Part shown: positions 1 through 8,234 of the stretch, one piece after another
Layout of the letters: every line of letters begins with the position of its first letter
Numbering within the stretch: the stretch's first letter is position 1
NCBI GenBank assembly: GCA_964607465.1
Contig: CAZSKS010000008.1
Span: forward strand, 1-62,052
Source: an uncultured Gemmatimonadota bacterium
GTDB taxonomy: Bacteria > Gemmatimonadota > Gemmatimonadetes > Palauibacterales > Palauibacteraceae
Direction: 5' to 3'
Length of the DNA: 62,052 nt
Program-made: the position numbers and the translations under genes
The notes under the pieces: generated by a model
Told to the model about the DNA's origin: nothing
Databases searched by the model: none
The model's input: only the letters and a program-made list of their open reading frames with translations

Positions 1-26
1 CCGACGGGGCCGCCGAGGCTGGCGCC

Positions 27-224
27 GTGGCCGACGGGGCCGCAGCCGACGGTGGCGCCGGATCGGGCGACGAAGCAGGCGCCAGGGGGGGCGCCGACGG
101 TGCCGCCGCCGGATCGGGTGACGGCTACGAGGCGCCCGTCGGCACGCTCTTCCTGCTGATGGTCTACGTCATGGTGCTGGCGGGCATGTGGGTCACCATG
201 TACTGGCTGATGGTGGGGCGATGA
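27..224 (+). CDS. small single-TM protein, candidate ba3 oxidase subunit IIa (CbaD-like); start uncertain
   Basis: C-terminal hydrophobic helix LFLLMVYVMVLAGMWVTMYWLMVGR. Its stop overlaps the subunit II start (ATGA at 221-224). It has the same position and architecture as the 55-aa ORF at 23620 in the second oxidase cluster. The G/A/D-rich N-terminus is in a frame that stays open to the left window edge, so the true start is unresolved. Confidence 0.4.
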   Translation: MADGAAADGGAGSGDEAGARGGADGAAAGSGDGYEAPVGTLFLLMVYVMVLAGMWVTMYWLMVGR

Positions 225-814
225 GCGCCGCGTCCAACGCCGAGCGCTACGAGAAGGCCTTCCTGGGCCTGTCGGCCGTGATGCTCGTCCTCTTCCTGGG
301 GGCGCTCTTCTACGCGGCGACGGCCATGGGCATCTCGCTCCCCTCCCGGGCCGGCGAGCTGGACCCGACCGAGGTCCGGAGCACGCCCCCGTTCGACGAT
401 CCCGGGATCCGGCAGGTCGGGCCGGACCGCTACGAGGTCGTCATGATCGGACAGGCCTGGGGCTTCGTGCCCTCGGAGCTGACGCTGCCGGCGGGGGCGG
501 AGATCGTCTTCCGGGTCACCTCGCCCGACGTGATCCACGGCTTCGACGTGGAGGGCACCCGCCTGAACGCCATGCTGATCCCCGGCCAGGTCACCGAGCT
601 GACCTACACCTTCCGCGAGCCGGGGGAGCACCTGATCATCTGCCACGAGTACTGCGGGATCGGGCACCACAACATGTACGGCACGATCGAGGTGGTGCCG
701 CCCGAGGACTTCGAGTTGCCTGACGAGGAGGACACGGTAGAGGACTCGCCCGACGGAGGCGTCGCCGCGGCGGAGCCGGACGCCGGGGACGCGAGGGAGG
801 GGGGTGGCCCGTGA
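221..814 (+). CDS. cbaB: cytochrome c oxidase subunit II, CuA cupredoxin, ba3/B-family type
   Basis: One N-terminal TM helix followed by a cupredoxin domain. CuA ligand pattern: VIHGFDV plus C-x3-C-x3-H-x2-M in ICHEYCGIGHHNM (Cys codons at 641 and 653). I chose the ATG at 221 because it overlaps the upstream stop; the ORF track starts at 188. Confidence 0.9.
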   Translation: MSAASNAERYEKAFLGLSAVMLVLFLGALFYAATAMGISLPSRAGELDPTEVRSTPPFDDPGIRQVGPDRYEVVMIGQAWGFVPSELTLPAGAEIVFRVTSPDVIHGFDVEGTRLNAMLIPGQVTELTYTFREPGEHLIICHEYCGIGHHNMYGTIEVVPPEDFELPDEEDTVEDSPDGGVAAAEPDAGDAREGGGP

Positions 815-2478
815 GCCAGGCGGTGGTCGCGGCGCCGGACGGCTCGTTCCGGCTCCCCCGGGGTCAGCGGCGGCTGGTGCGGTGGAGCCTGTACATCGCC
901 TTCGCCGCCTTCGGCGTCGCCGTCGTCAACGGCCTGGGCCAGGCGCTGAACTACGCCGGGATCGACATCCTGAGCTGGTTCCCCGGCATGGAGACGTACT
1001 ACCAGGGCCTCACGGCGCACGGGGTCCTGATGGCCATCGTCTTCACCTTCGCCTTCGCCAACGGCTTCCTGTCGCTCACCACCGCCCGCGGGCTGGACCG
1101 TCCGCTGAACGGTGGGCTGCTGCACGGGGCCCTGTGGTCCACGGCGGCCGGCACGCTGCTGGCCGGCTACGCCGTGGTGACGGGCCAGGCGAGCGTCCTC
1201 TACACCTTCTATCCCCCGCTGCAGGCCCACTGGAGCTTCTACCTGGGGCTGGCCCTGCTGGTGATCGGCACCTGGCTGACGGCGATCAACCTGTTCGTCA
1301 CGCTGGGGGCGTGGCGGAAGGAGCACGAGGGCGAGCGGATCCCCCTGATGGCCTTCATCTCCGTCTGCACCTACGCCATGTGGGTCATCGCGTCGGTGGG
1401 GATCGCCGTGGAGGTGGTGGGCTTCCTGCTGCCCTGGTCGCTGGGGCTGCTGGAGGGGGCGGACCCCCTGCTGAACCGGACGCTCTTCTGGTACTCGGGC
1501 CATCCCATCGTCTACTTCTGGCTGCTCCCGGCCTACGTCTCCTGGTACGTGATGGTGCCGGAGCACGCCGACGGGAAGCTGCACAGCGACGCCATCACGC
1601 GCGTCGTGTTCCTGATGTTCCTGGCGCTCTCCATCCCGGTGGGCTTCCATCACCAGTACACCGATCCGGGGGTGGACGCCGGGATGAAGGCGGTGCACAC
1701 GGTGCTCACCTTCGGCGTCTTCTTCCCCAGCCTGGTGACCGCCTTCTCGGTGATGGCCGCCCTGGAGGTGGGGGGACGGAACCGGGGCGGGACGGGGCTG
1801 CTGGGGTGGATCCGGAAGCTGCCGTGGGGCCGGCCGGCCCTCTCGAACCAGATGCTGGCCATGCTGGTCTTCCTGCTGGGGGGCATCACCGGCCTGATCC
1901 TGGCCAGCTACAACATCAACCAGGTCGTCCACAACACGACCTTCGTCCCGGGCCACTTCCACATGACGGTGGGGACGGCCGTGGGGCTCTCCTTCATGGG
2001 GATCGCCTACTGGGCGGTGCCCTACCTGACCGACCGGGAGCTGTGGGGCCGGAAGCTGGCCGTGGCCCAGGGGTGGCTCTGGTTCCTCGGCACCCTGGTC
2101 TTCGCCCGGGGGATGATCTCGGGCGGTCTGGAGGGAATGCCCCGCCGGACGCTCATCGTGGAGGCCCCCTACTTCAGGGAATCGTGGGAGCTGGCCGGGA
2201 TGCTGACCGGCCTGGGCGGCTCGATGATGTTCGCGAGCGGCGTGCTCTTCTTCGTCGTGATGTTCGGTACCTTCTTCCTCGGCCGCCGCGACGACGAGCA
2301 GGAGATCCCCTTCACCGAGACGGAGCTGGCCCCGGCCACCTCGGGCTGGGAGGTCCACCTGGACAGGTTCCGCTACTGGGTGGCCGTCACGATCGTCCTG
2401 ATCCTCATCGCCTACGGGCCGTTCCTGGTGGGCTACCTGCCGCCCCGGCTGCTGTCGCCGGGCTTCGGGTTCTTCTGA
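811..2478 (+). CDS. cbaA: cytochrome c oxidase subunit I, B-family (ba3-type) heme-copper oxygen reductase
   Basis: 555 aa and polytopic. All canonical ligand motifs are present: LTAHGVLMAIVF (low-spin heme His), YSGHPIVYFWLLP (CuB His plus cross-linked Tyr; His 1501-1503, Tyr 1513-1515), VGFHHQY (CuB His-His) and VPGHFHMTV (both heme His). The GTG start overlaps the subunit II stop (GTGA at 811-814). Confidence 0.93.
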   Translation: MSQAVVAAPDGSFRLPRGQRRLVRWSLYIAFAAFGVAVVNGLGQALNYAGIDILSWFPGMETYYQGLTAHGVLMAIVFTFAFANGFLSLTTARGLDRPLNGGLLHGALWSTAAGTLLAGYAVVTGQASVLYTFYPPLQAHWSFYLGLALLVIGTWLTAINLFVTLGAWRKEHEGERIPLMAFISVCTYAMWVIASVGIAVEVVGFLLPWSLGLLEGADPLLNRTLFWYSGHPIVYFWLLPAYVSWYVMVPEHADGKLHSDAITRVVFLMFLALSIPVGFHHQYTDPGVDAGMKAVHTVLTFGVFFPSLVTAFSVMAALEVGGRNRGGTGLLGWIRKLPWGRPALSNQMLAMLVFLLGGITGLILASYNINQVVHNTTFVPGHFHMTVGTAVGLSFMGIAYWAVPYLTDRELWGRKLAVAQGWLWFLGTLVFARGMISGGLEGMPRRTLIVEAPYFRESWELAGMLTGLGGSMMFASGVLFFVVMFGTFFLGRRDDEQEIPFTETELAPATSGWEVHLDRFRYWVAVTIVLILIAYGPFLVGYLPPRLLSPGFGFF

Positions 2479-2559
2479 GCCCGGGCACGGAACCCGCGAT
2501 CCCGGAGAGCCCCGGCCGCGAACCGATTCCGACCAGGCTCACGATCAGGGAGGCACGCC

Positions 2560-3408
2560 ATGGACGCAGCTCACCTTCACCTCCTCCTGAACCACGTCCC
2601 GGTCCTCGGGCTCGTCTTCTCCTCCCTGCTACTGGCCTACGGGCTCGCCACCCGCAGCGACGACGTGACGCGGGCCGGCTTCTGGGCCCTGGGCCTGGTG
2701 GGCCTGGCCGCCGTCGTGGTCTACCTGACGGGCGAGCCGGCGGAGGAGCTGGTGGAGGGGCTCCCCGGGTTCTCGCACGACATCATGGAGCGGCACGAGA
2801 CAGCCGCCCTGTGGGCCACCTCCGTGGCCGCGGCGGTGGGCGTGGCGGCCCTCGGCGGCCTGTACGTCTACCGCGATGCCACCGTCCCCCGGAAGGTCGG
2901 CGTCCTCATGCTCGTCCTGTCCGTGGTCGCGATCGTCCCCATGGGCTGGACGGCGAACCTGGGCGGCCAGGTGCGCCACGAGGAGATCCGGGGACCGGCG
3001 GCGCCGGGGGCGGGGCATGAAGGCGCGCTTCCCGCCGACCGGCGGACGGCGGTCGTCGTCCCGGCGCCGGCCCGGCGGACGGTGCTGGCCGAGATGCGCC
3101 AGATGCTGGAGGCGCTGAACGGAGTCCTCGAGGCCTCGGCCCCCTTCGACCGGGCGGCCGTGCGGGAGGCGGCGCTGTCGGGCGGGACGCGCATCGCCGT
3201 GGACATGGACCCGGCCATGGCGCGGCGGCTGCCGGAGGCGTTCGTCCGGCTGGGGTCGAGCACCCACGAGGACTTCGACGCCCTGGCGGAGGCCGTGGGG
3301 CAGGGAGCCCCGCGGGACACGGTCCTGACCCGCCTCTCCGCCCTGACGGGGAAGTGCGTGTCCTGTCACGCGGCCTACCGGCTGGAGACGCCGGACACGT
3401 CCGACTGA
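2560..3408 (+). CDS. membrane-anchored class II cytochrome c (cytochrome c'-like) fusion protein
   Basis: The N-terminal ~150 aa has about 4 TM helices with His motifs (HLHLLLNHVP, ERHETAALW, GGQVRHEEI). The C-terminal ~120 aa is predicted helical and ends with a single CxxCH heme-c site close to the C-terminus, GKCVSCHAAYR (3355-3369). That placement is typical of cytochrome c'/c556. Confidence 0.65.
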   Translation: MDAAHLHLLLNHVPVLGLVFSSLLLAYGLATRSDDVTRAGFWALGLVGLAAVVVYLTGEPAEELVEGLPGFSHDIMERHETAALWATSVAAAVGVAALGGLYVYRDATVPRKVGVLMLVLSVVAIVPMGWTANLGGQVRHEEIRGPAAPGAGHEGALPADRRTAVVVPAPARRTVLAEMRQMLEALNGVLEASAPFDRAAVREAALSGGTRIAVDMDPAMARRLPEAFVRLGSSTHEDFDALAEAVGQGAPRDTVLTRLSALTGKCVSCHAAYRLETPDTSD

Positions 3409-3410
3409 CG

Positions 3411-4682
3411 GTGGATCTTCCCCCCACGACGACGGTCTTCGTCGACCTGGCCCTGGCCCTCGGGCTGGGCCTGCTGGTGGGGCTCCAGCGCGAGTGGGCG
3501 GACACCCGGGTGGCCGGGATCCGGACCTTCCCGCTCATCGCCCTCTTCGGCACCCTGACCGGGCTGCTGGCGCTGGCGTTCGGCGGCTGGCCGGTGGTGG
3601 CCGGCTTCCTGGCCCTGGGAGCGGTGGTGGTGATGGGGGACCTGAGCCTCCTGCGGATCGCCGAGGTCCGGGGCGAGGAGCCGGATCCCGGGTTGACCAC
3701 GGAGGTGGCGGCCCTGGTGATGTTCGCCGTGGGGGCCCTCCTCCCCCTGGGCTACCGGGGTCCGGGGATCGTGCTGGGCGGCACGGTGGCGGTCCTCCTG
3801 CACTGGAAGCGGCCGCTCCACGACCTGGTGGAGCGGATCGGGACCGACGACGTGCAGGCGATGATGCGCTTCGTCCTCCTGGCGCTGGTGATCCTCCCGG
3901 TGCTCCCGAACCGTTCCTTCGGGCCCTACGAGGTCCTGAACCCCTTCGAGATCTGGCTCATGGTGGTCCTCATCGTGGGGATCAGCCTGGGTGCCTACGT
4001 GGCCTCGCGGCTGCTGGGTCGGCGCGGCGGCACCCTGGCGGCCGGCGTGTTGGGCGGCTTCATCTCCAGCACGGCCACCACGGTCAGCTACGCCCGACGG
4101 TCGACGGAGGGGGAGGGATGGGTACCCTCGGCGGCCGTGGTGATCATGATCGCCTCGACGGCGGTGTTCGTCCGGGTTCTGGGGGAGGTGAGCGTGGTCG
4201 CCCCCGGCATCCTGGGTGCCGTGGCGCCGCCACTGGGTGTCGTGATGGCCTACATGCTGGCGCTCTCGGCCGGTGCCTTCCTGATCGAGCGTCGGCGGAT
4301 GGGGTCGGGCATCGAGGAGGAGCGCTCCCCGCCGTCGGAGCTGGGGGCGGCCATCGCCTTCGGGGTGCTCTACGCGCTGGTGCTCCTGGGTGTGGCGGTG
4401 GCGAAGGAGCACCTGGGCGAGGGGGGGCTCTACCTGGTGGCGGGGCTGTCGGGTCTGACGGACATGGACGCCATCACCCTCTCCACGGCACAGCTGGCGC
4501 GGGCCGGCGAGCTGGCGGAGTCGACGACCTGGCGGCTGATCCTGGTGGGGGCCCTGGCCAACGTGGTCTTCAAGGGCGCCGTGGTGGCGGTGCTCGGGGC
4601 CCGCGGGCTGACCCGACGGATCGCGGTCCTGTTCGGGCTCACGCTGGTGGGGGGCGCGGCCGTGCTTCTGCTCTGGCCGTAG
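3411..4682 (+). CDS. MgtC/SapB family plus DUF4010 membrane protein
   Basis: N-terminus LALALGLGLLVGLQREWADTRVAGIRTFPLIALFG is typical of MgtC-family/DUF4010 proteins, and about 10 TM helices follow. I chose the GTG at 3411, just after the upstream stop at 3408; the ORF track start at 3354 would overlap the previous gene. Confidence 0.75.
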   Translation: MDLPPTTTVFVDLALALGLGLLVGLQREWADTRVAGIRTFPLIALFGTLTGLLALAFGGWPVVAGFLALGAVVVMGDLSLLRIAEVRGEEPDPGLTTEVAALVMFAVGALLPLGYRGPGIVLGGTVAVLLHWKRPLHDLVERIGTDDVQAMMRFVLLALVILPVLPNRSFGPYEVLNPFEIWLMVVLIVGISLGAYVASRLLGRRGGTLAAGVLGGFISSTATTVSYARRSTEGEGWVPSAAVVIMIASTAVFVRVLGEVSVVAPGILGAVAPPLGVVMAYMLALSAGAFLIERRRMGSGIEEERSPPSELGAAIAFGVLYALVLLGVAVAKEHLGEGGLYLVAGLSGLTDMDAITLSTAQLARAGELAESTTWRLILVGALANVVFKGAVVAVLGARGLTRRIAVLFGLTLVGGAAVLLLWP

Positions 4683-4737
4683 GTCTGCGGGGCGCCGGAC
4701 CGACCGGTCGGAATGGAGGCGGCGTGGAGGCGGCGCC

Positions 4738-5298
4738 TCAGCCCCCGAGCCCCAGCTCCGCCACGGCCCGCAGGATGTCCTGGGAGCTGAGGACGCCCAC
4801 CAGGCGCTCGTCCTCCAGCACCAGCGCCCGGTGCACCTCCGCCTCCAGCATCCGGCGGGCGGCCTCCTCGACCTCGGTGTCGGGCGTGACGGAGAACACG
4901 CCGCGGGTCATGACCTCGGAGGCCACGTGCTCGTCGAGGGCGTTCCACTCGGGGCTCCGGCTCTCCTCGAAGCGCTGCGCGACGTCGGCGCCGGCGTCCT
5001 CCCAGAAGCCGGTGAAGTAATCGCCTACCGCCTCGCGCCCGACCTCCACCTCCCAGGCGGGCTCCTCGGGCACCTCGCCGAACCCCTCGCCCTGGAGCTC
5101 GCGCCGGGCCGGGACGCCGGGGCTCTCGGCGTCGAAGCCCACGAGGTCGGTGGCCGAGACGACCCCGAGGATCGTCTCGTTCGTCACGACGGGCACGCCC
5201 CCGATGTGCTCGGTGGCCAGGACCGAGGCCACCTCCCGGAGGGTCGTCTCGGGGCCCACGGTGATCACGTCACGGGTCATCAGATCGGCTACCTTCAT
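4738..5298 (-). CDS. CBS-pair domain protein
   Basis: Two CBS motifs: MKVADLMTRDVITVGPETTLREVA...GGVPVV...GVVSATDLV and VMTRGVFSVTPDTEVEEAARRM...HRALVLEDERLVGVLSSQDILRAV. They are separated by an acidic insert. Start is the ATG at 5298; the longer ORF-track N-terminus is Arg/Gly-rich noise. Confidence 0.85.
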   Translation of the reverse strand: MKVADLMTRDVITVGPETTLREVASVLATEHIGGVPVVTNETILGVVSATDLVGFDAESPGVPARRELQGEGFGEVPEEPAWEVEVGREAVGDYFTGFWEDAGADVAQRFEESRSPEWNALDEHVASEVMTRGVFSVTPDTEVEEAARRMLEAEVHRALVLEDERLVGVLSSQDILRAVAELGLGG

Positions 5299-5342
5299 GT
5301 CTCCCGTCCTCTTCGTTCGGTGGGTCTTTCGTCCAGGTCGGC

Positions 5343-5624
5343 TCAGCCGGCGACCTCGAGGTTGTGGATCAGGGCCGCCAGGAAGGCGCCCAGCTCCGCG
5401 CTCTCCAGCTCCTCCCCCGCCTCGCTCGCGTGCTCCGTGGCACAGGCGGGATGGAGGAAGGCCACCTCCAGGTATCGCTCCTTCGCGTCCGGCGCCCAGA
5501 CGACGTTCCCGCCCGACTCCGAACCCAGCGGCTCGCCGCAACGCTCGCAGCGGACGTGGGCGGCCACGTCGTGGTCTCCCAGGCGGGGCAGGCCCTCCGT
5601 GTCCCGGGTGAGCGTCAGGCTCAC
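5343..5624 (-). CDS. small CxxC...HxxC protein, paralog B (unknown function)
   Basis: 93 aa: VSLTLTRDTEGLPRLGDHDVAAHVRCERCGEPLGSESGGNVVWAPDAKERYLEVAFLHPACATEH... It aligns without gaps to the upstream ORF across the RC-x2-CG...V.W.P....YL.VAFLH..C core. The GTG start overlaps the upstream stop (GTGA at 5621-5624). Confidence 0.6.
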   Translation of the reverse strand: MSLTLTRDTEGLPRLGDHDVAAHVRCERCGEPLGSESGGNVVWAPDAKERYLEVAFLHPACATEHASEAGEELESAELGAFLAALIHNLEVAG

Positions 5625-5926
5625 AGGAAGCGCTCCAGACTCTCGAGGTAGTCCTCCAGGGGGGCCACCCGCACCGGGCCGCCCACCTGCTTCCACGTCG
5701 CCTCCACGCGTCCGCCCGCCTGCTCCCGGAAGGCCTCCACGCATCCCTCGTGGAGGAAGGCGACCGAGAGGTACGTGGCATTCTCCTCCGGCCGCCACGC
5801 GACCCGCCCGTTCGCCGGCTTGGAGATCTCCCTGCCGCAGTCGTCGCACCGGAGCAGGGGCGCGTGGCCGTCGCCGGCCTCGCGGCGGACGGTGGGGGCG
5901 TCGAGCCTCTCGACCGAGACGGTCAC
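5621..5926 (-). CDS. small CxxC...HxxC protein, paralog A (unknown function)
   Basis: 101 aa containing ...LLRCDDCGREISKPANGRVAWRPEENATYLSVAFLHEGCVEAFREQAGG... It shares the spacing C-x2-C-x27-H-x2-C with paralog B. GTG start at 5926. Confidence 0.6.
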   Translation of the reverse strand: MTVSVERLDAPTVRREAGDGHAPLLRCDDCGREISKPANGRVAWRPEENATYLSVAFLHEGCVEAFREQAGGRVEATWKQVGGPVRVAPLEDYLESLERFL

Positions 5927-5932
5927 GGGCCG

Positions 5933-6256
5933 CTACTCGAAGCGGGAGGCGGCGCGCTCGAAGCCCGACCGCAGATCGTCGAGGGCCGATTCGACGCCCG
6001 ATCTGACGTCCTCCCAGGCGGTCTCGCTCGTGTCCTGGAACAGCGACAGCTTCAGGCGTGCCGTCTCCAGCTTCCCCCGCAGCTTGCCGATCTCCTCGGC
6101 GTATCGGATGCGGGCGTCGGCCTTCGCCTTCCGGGCCTTCGCCTCCCACAGGTCGAGCCGGGCGGCCATCTCCTGGATCTGAGCCTCCCGCTTCTCGCGC
6201 CAGGCGCGGCGGGTGTCGGGGTCGTCCTGCTGCCGGGTCGTGCCTTCGGTCGTCAT
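5933..6256 (-). CDS. coiled-coil stress-type protein (unknown family)
   Basis: 107 aa starting at the ATG at 6256, with a strong SD (GGGAGAGG 5 nt upstream). Charged heptad-like sequence: AWREKREAQIQEMAARLDLWEAKARKAKADARIRYAEEIGKLRGKLETARLKL. It is the first gene behind the 6352-6381 promoter motif. Confidence 0.6.
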   Translation of the reverse strand: MTTEGTTRQQDDPDTRRAWREKREAQIQEMAARLDLWEAKARKAKADARIRYAEEIGKLRGKLETARLKLSLFQDTSETAWEDVRSGVESALDDLRSGFERAASRFE

Positions 6257-6351
6257 CGTCCTCTCCCGTTCGGGTCGGCCCGCCGCCTCCCGTCGGCCCT
6301 CTCGGGACCGACGGAGCTCTCGGCGCCGGGCACCATCTCGTCTGCACGACA

Positions 6352-6381
6352 AGGATACCGTGCAAGTCTCCCTCCGTCTGT
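6352..6381 (-). promoter_or_regulatory. stress-promoter-like motif ACAGAC-N18-TATCCT (coiled-coil / CxxC-paralog / CBS operon)
   Basis: Minus-strand reading: cACAGAC ggagggagacttgcacgg TATCCT. It lies about 96 nt upstream of the ATG at 6256. The architecture is the same at 8185, 8363 and 18300. Confidence 0.55.
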
Positions 6382-6414
6382 GGGGAGATCCTCGACGCCG
6401 GATGTCGGGAGTTT
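6378..6414 (-). promoter_or_regulatory. 13-mer GATCTCCCCACAG plus a degenerate second copy upstream of the coiled-coil operon
   Basis: Plus strand shows CTGTGGGGAGATC (6378-6390) and ATGTCGGGAGTTT (6402-6414), with starts 24 nt apart. The first copy is fused to the ACAGAC element. Confidence 0.45.
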
Positions 6415-6443
6415 CAGGGCGTGCCGGAATCCGGGTCGGCGGC

Positions 6444-6914
6444 CTACGTCGCGGAGGCCAGAGGAGCCCCGTCCGGGCCCTCGACGGCCACCCTCACGTC
6501 GATGCCGCGCCGCACGGCCCCGGTCACCACGCAGTAGTCCTCGAACAACTCGAGGCAGCGGGCGGCCCGGCCGCGGTCGTCCGGCTCCAGCTCGAGGCTC
6601 AGGGTGACGTCGCTGACCTCCACCCTGAGCCTCCCGTCCTCGTTGCGGCCGACACGCGTCTCCACGACCGTCCGCAGACCCCGCGGCTCGACGTCGCCCC
6701 TGCGGAGACAGAACAGGAGGCTCGCGCTGAGGCAGTTGCCGATCGCCGCCGAGAGCACCTCCGAGGCGGCGGGCCCCGAACCCTCCCCCAGGGGCTCCGG
6801 CTCGTCCATGACCAGCTGCGTCCCGGAGGACGCGAAGTCGACCCGGAAGCGGAAGCCGCCGAGGGATTCCAGGCTCACCGTCACGCTCCGTCCGTCCTCT
6901 TGATCGGTCGCCAT
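6444..6914 (-). CDS. OsmC/Ohr family peroxiredoxin-like protein
   Basis: OsmC-like features: EPEPLGEGSGPAASEVLSAAIGNCLSASLLFCL and a second Cys region, LELFEDYCVVTGAV. I preferred the ATG at 6914 because of an SD (GGGAGAA) upstream. The ATG at 6932 is an alternative. Confidence 0.8.
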   Translation of the reverse strand: MATDQEDGRSVTVSLESLGGFRFRVDFASSGTQLVMDEPEPLGEGSGPAASEVLSAAIGNCLSASLLFCLRRGDVEPRGLRTVVETRVGRNEDGRLRVEVSDVTLSLELEPDDRGRAARCLELFEDYCVVTGAVRRGIDVRVAVEGPDGAPLASAT

Positions 6915-7068
6915 CCAGGGTTCTCCCGTCATCGTGGGGGTTCGTCGCTGCAGGGAGCGAGCGGGACCCGGGAACCGGAGGGTTCCGTGTCCTTCGCCCC
7001 GCCGTCCCGCAGCGAGTCCGGGACGAAGGCGGCGGCCCGGGCCCGGGGGCTCTCGCGCGGTCGATGCC

Positions 7069-7590
7069 TCATGCGGGGACTTCGGCCCGGGCCACGGCGC
7101 GGACGACGTCCATGCTGGTCACGATCCCCGCCAGGGTCGACCCGTCCAGGACCAGGGCGCGGTGCACGCCGCCCTGGACCAGGAACCGGGCCAGCTCCGC
7201 CAGGGTGGCCTCCGGGCGGACCGAGAAGGTGGCCGGCGTCATGATGTCCCGCACCGCCCGGGCTCCGAGCTTCGATCGCGGCAGCGAGCTCGGAAGACCG
7301 GGCGAGGGGGCGTCCGGGAGCCGGAAGAAGGTCGAGAGCGGGTCCCGGCTCGGGTCCCGCCCCCGCCGGGACGGCGGCCGCCCGGAGGCGGCCTCCTCCC
7401 CGGCGGCCCGGGCCACGTCGCTCACGGAGACGACGCCCTGGACGTCGTCGTCCGGTCCCACCACCGGGACGCCGCTGACGTCGTGCTCCTCCAGCAGCTC
7501 CAGCAGCCTCGCGACCGTGGCGTCCGGCGCGACCGTGAGCACGTCCTCCTGCATGATGTCGGCGGCTGTCCATCGGAAGATGTCGTTCAC
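7069..7590 (-). CDS. CBS-pair domain protein
   Basis: Two CBS motifs: AADIMQEDVLTVAPDATV...VSGVPVVGPDDDVQGVVSVSDV and VRDIMTPATFSVRPEATLAELA...HRALVLDGSTLAGIVTSMDVVRAV. It is a paralog of the 4738-5298 protein. GTG start with an AGAGG SD. Confidence 0.85.
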   Translation of the reverse strand: MNDIFRWTAADIMQEDVLTVAPDATVARLLELLEEHDVSGVPVVGPDDDVQGVVSVSDVARAAGEEAASGRPPSRRGRDPSRDPLSTFFRLPDAPSPGLPSSLPRSKLGARAVRDIMTPATFSVRPEATLAELARFLVQGGVHRALVLDGSTLAGIVTSMDVVRAVARAEVPA

Positions 7591-7661
7591 GCTGACCTCT
7601 GTTTCGTGGGTGAGACGATTCGTGCGTGATGCGCGTCCGTCACCGGTCGTCCGGGGAAGGC

Positions 7662-8117
7662 TCAGTCGCCCTCGATCTCGATGCGACGTCCCCGCGCCAG
7701 CTCGGTCTTCGGCAACCGGACGGTGAGCACACCGTTCTTCATCTCGGCCGTGACGTCCCCGGCGTCGACGGAAGCGGGGAGGGCGAAGGAGCGGGAGAAG
7801 GCGCCGTAGCGCCGTTCGGAGACTCGGACCTCGCCGTCTTCCTCATCGCGCTCGGTTTCCACCTTCTTCTCACCATGGATGCGGAGGACGTCGTTCTCCA
7901 CCTCGATCTGGACGTCCTCCCGGGTGAGCCCCGGCATCTCCGCGGTGAGCACGATCTCGTCGTCCGAGTCCGTCACCTCGACGGCGGGCATCCACACCAT
8001 CTCCTCGCTCTCCTCGAACAGATTCTCCATGAGCCGGCTCATCCGGTCGTCCAGCGGGGCGAAGGACGGGGTGGCGAAAAGGCTGCGGGGGACGCGGCGT
8101 GTCAGGAACCTGGTCAT
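7662..8117 (-). CDS. Hsp20/alpha-crystallin family small heat shock protein
   Basis: Alpha-crystallin domain: PAVEVTDSDDEIVLTAEMPGLTREDVQIEVENDVLRIHGEKK...ERRYGAFSRSFALPASVDAGDVTAEMKNGVLTVRLPK. The ATG at 8117 has a GGGAGAG SD; the ORF-track start at 8144 has none. Confidence 0.92.
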   Translation of the reverse strand: MTRFLTRRVPRSLFATPSFAPLDDRMSRLMENLFEESEEMVWMPAVEVTDSDDEIVLTAEMPGLTREDVQIEVENDVLRIHGEKKVETERDEEDGEVRVSERRYGAFSRSFALPASVDAGDVTAEMKNGVLTVRLPKTELARGRRIEIEGD

Positions 8118-8184
8118 GGTGCTCTCCCGGGTCGGAAAGGTCATAGGGGAAGCGTCTCGATGACGCTGGCGATGCTGTAGACGA

Positions 8185-8214
8185 AGTCTACGAGGTGAGC
8201 GGCCGGACGTCTGT
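8185..8214 (-). promoter_or_regulatory. stress-promoter-like motif ACAGAC-N18-TAGACT (hsp20, possibly also CBS and osmC)
   Basis: Minus-strand reading: gACAGAC gtccggccgctcacctcg TAGACT. It lies 68 nt upstream of the ATG at 8117. Confidence 0.5.
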
Positions 8215-8234
8215 CCGGATTTGTCGGGGCCAGC

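Noticed and set aside
4700-4711. Perfect 12-nt palindrome CCGACCGGTCGG between the convergent MgtC-family and CBS genes, considered as a terminator.
   Set aside because: With no loop it can form only a 4-bp stem, there is no U tract, and such short GC palindromes are expected by chance at this composition.
6352-6381. Sigma54-type reading of the coiled-coil promoter (GG-N8-TTGCA inside ACAGACGGAGGGAGACTTGCAC).
   Set aside because: GG and TTGC fall at sigma54 spacing in this one site only. The three other ACAGAC-N18-TAnnnT sites lack both elements at the equivalent positions, so I judged it coincidental.
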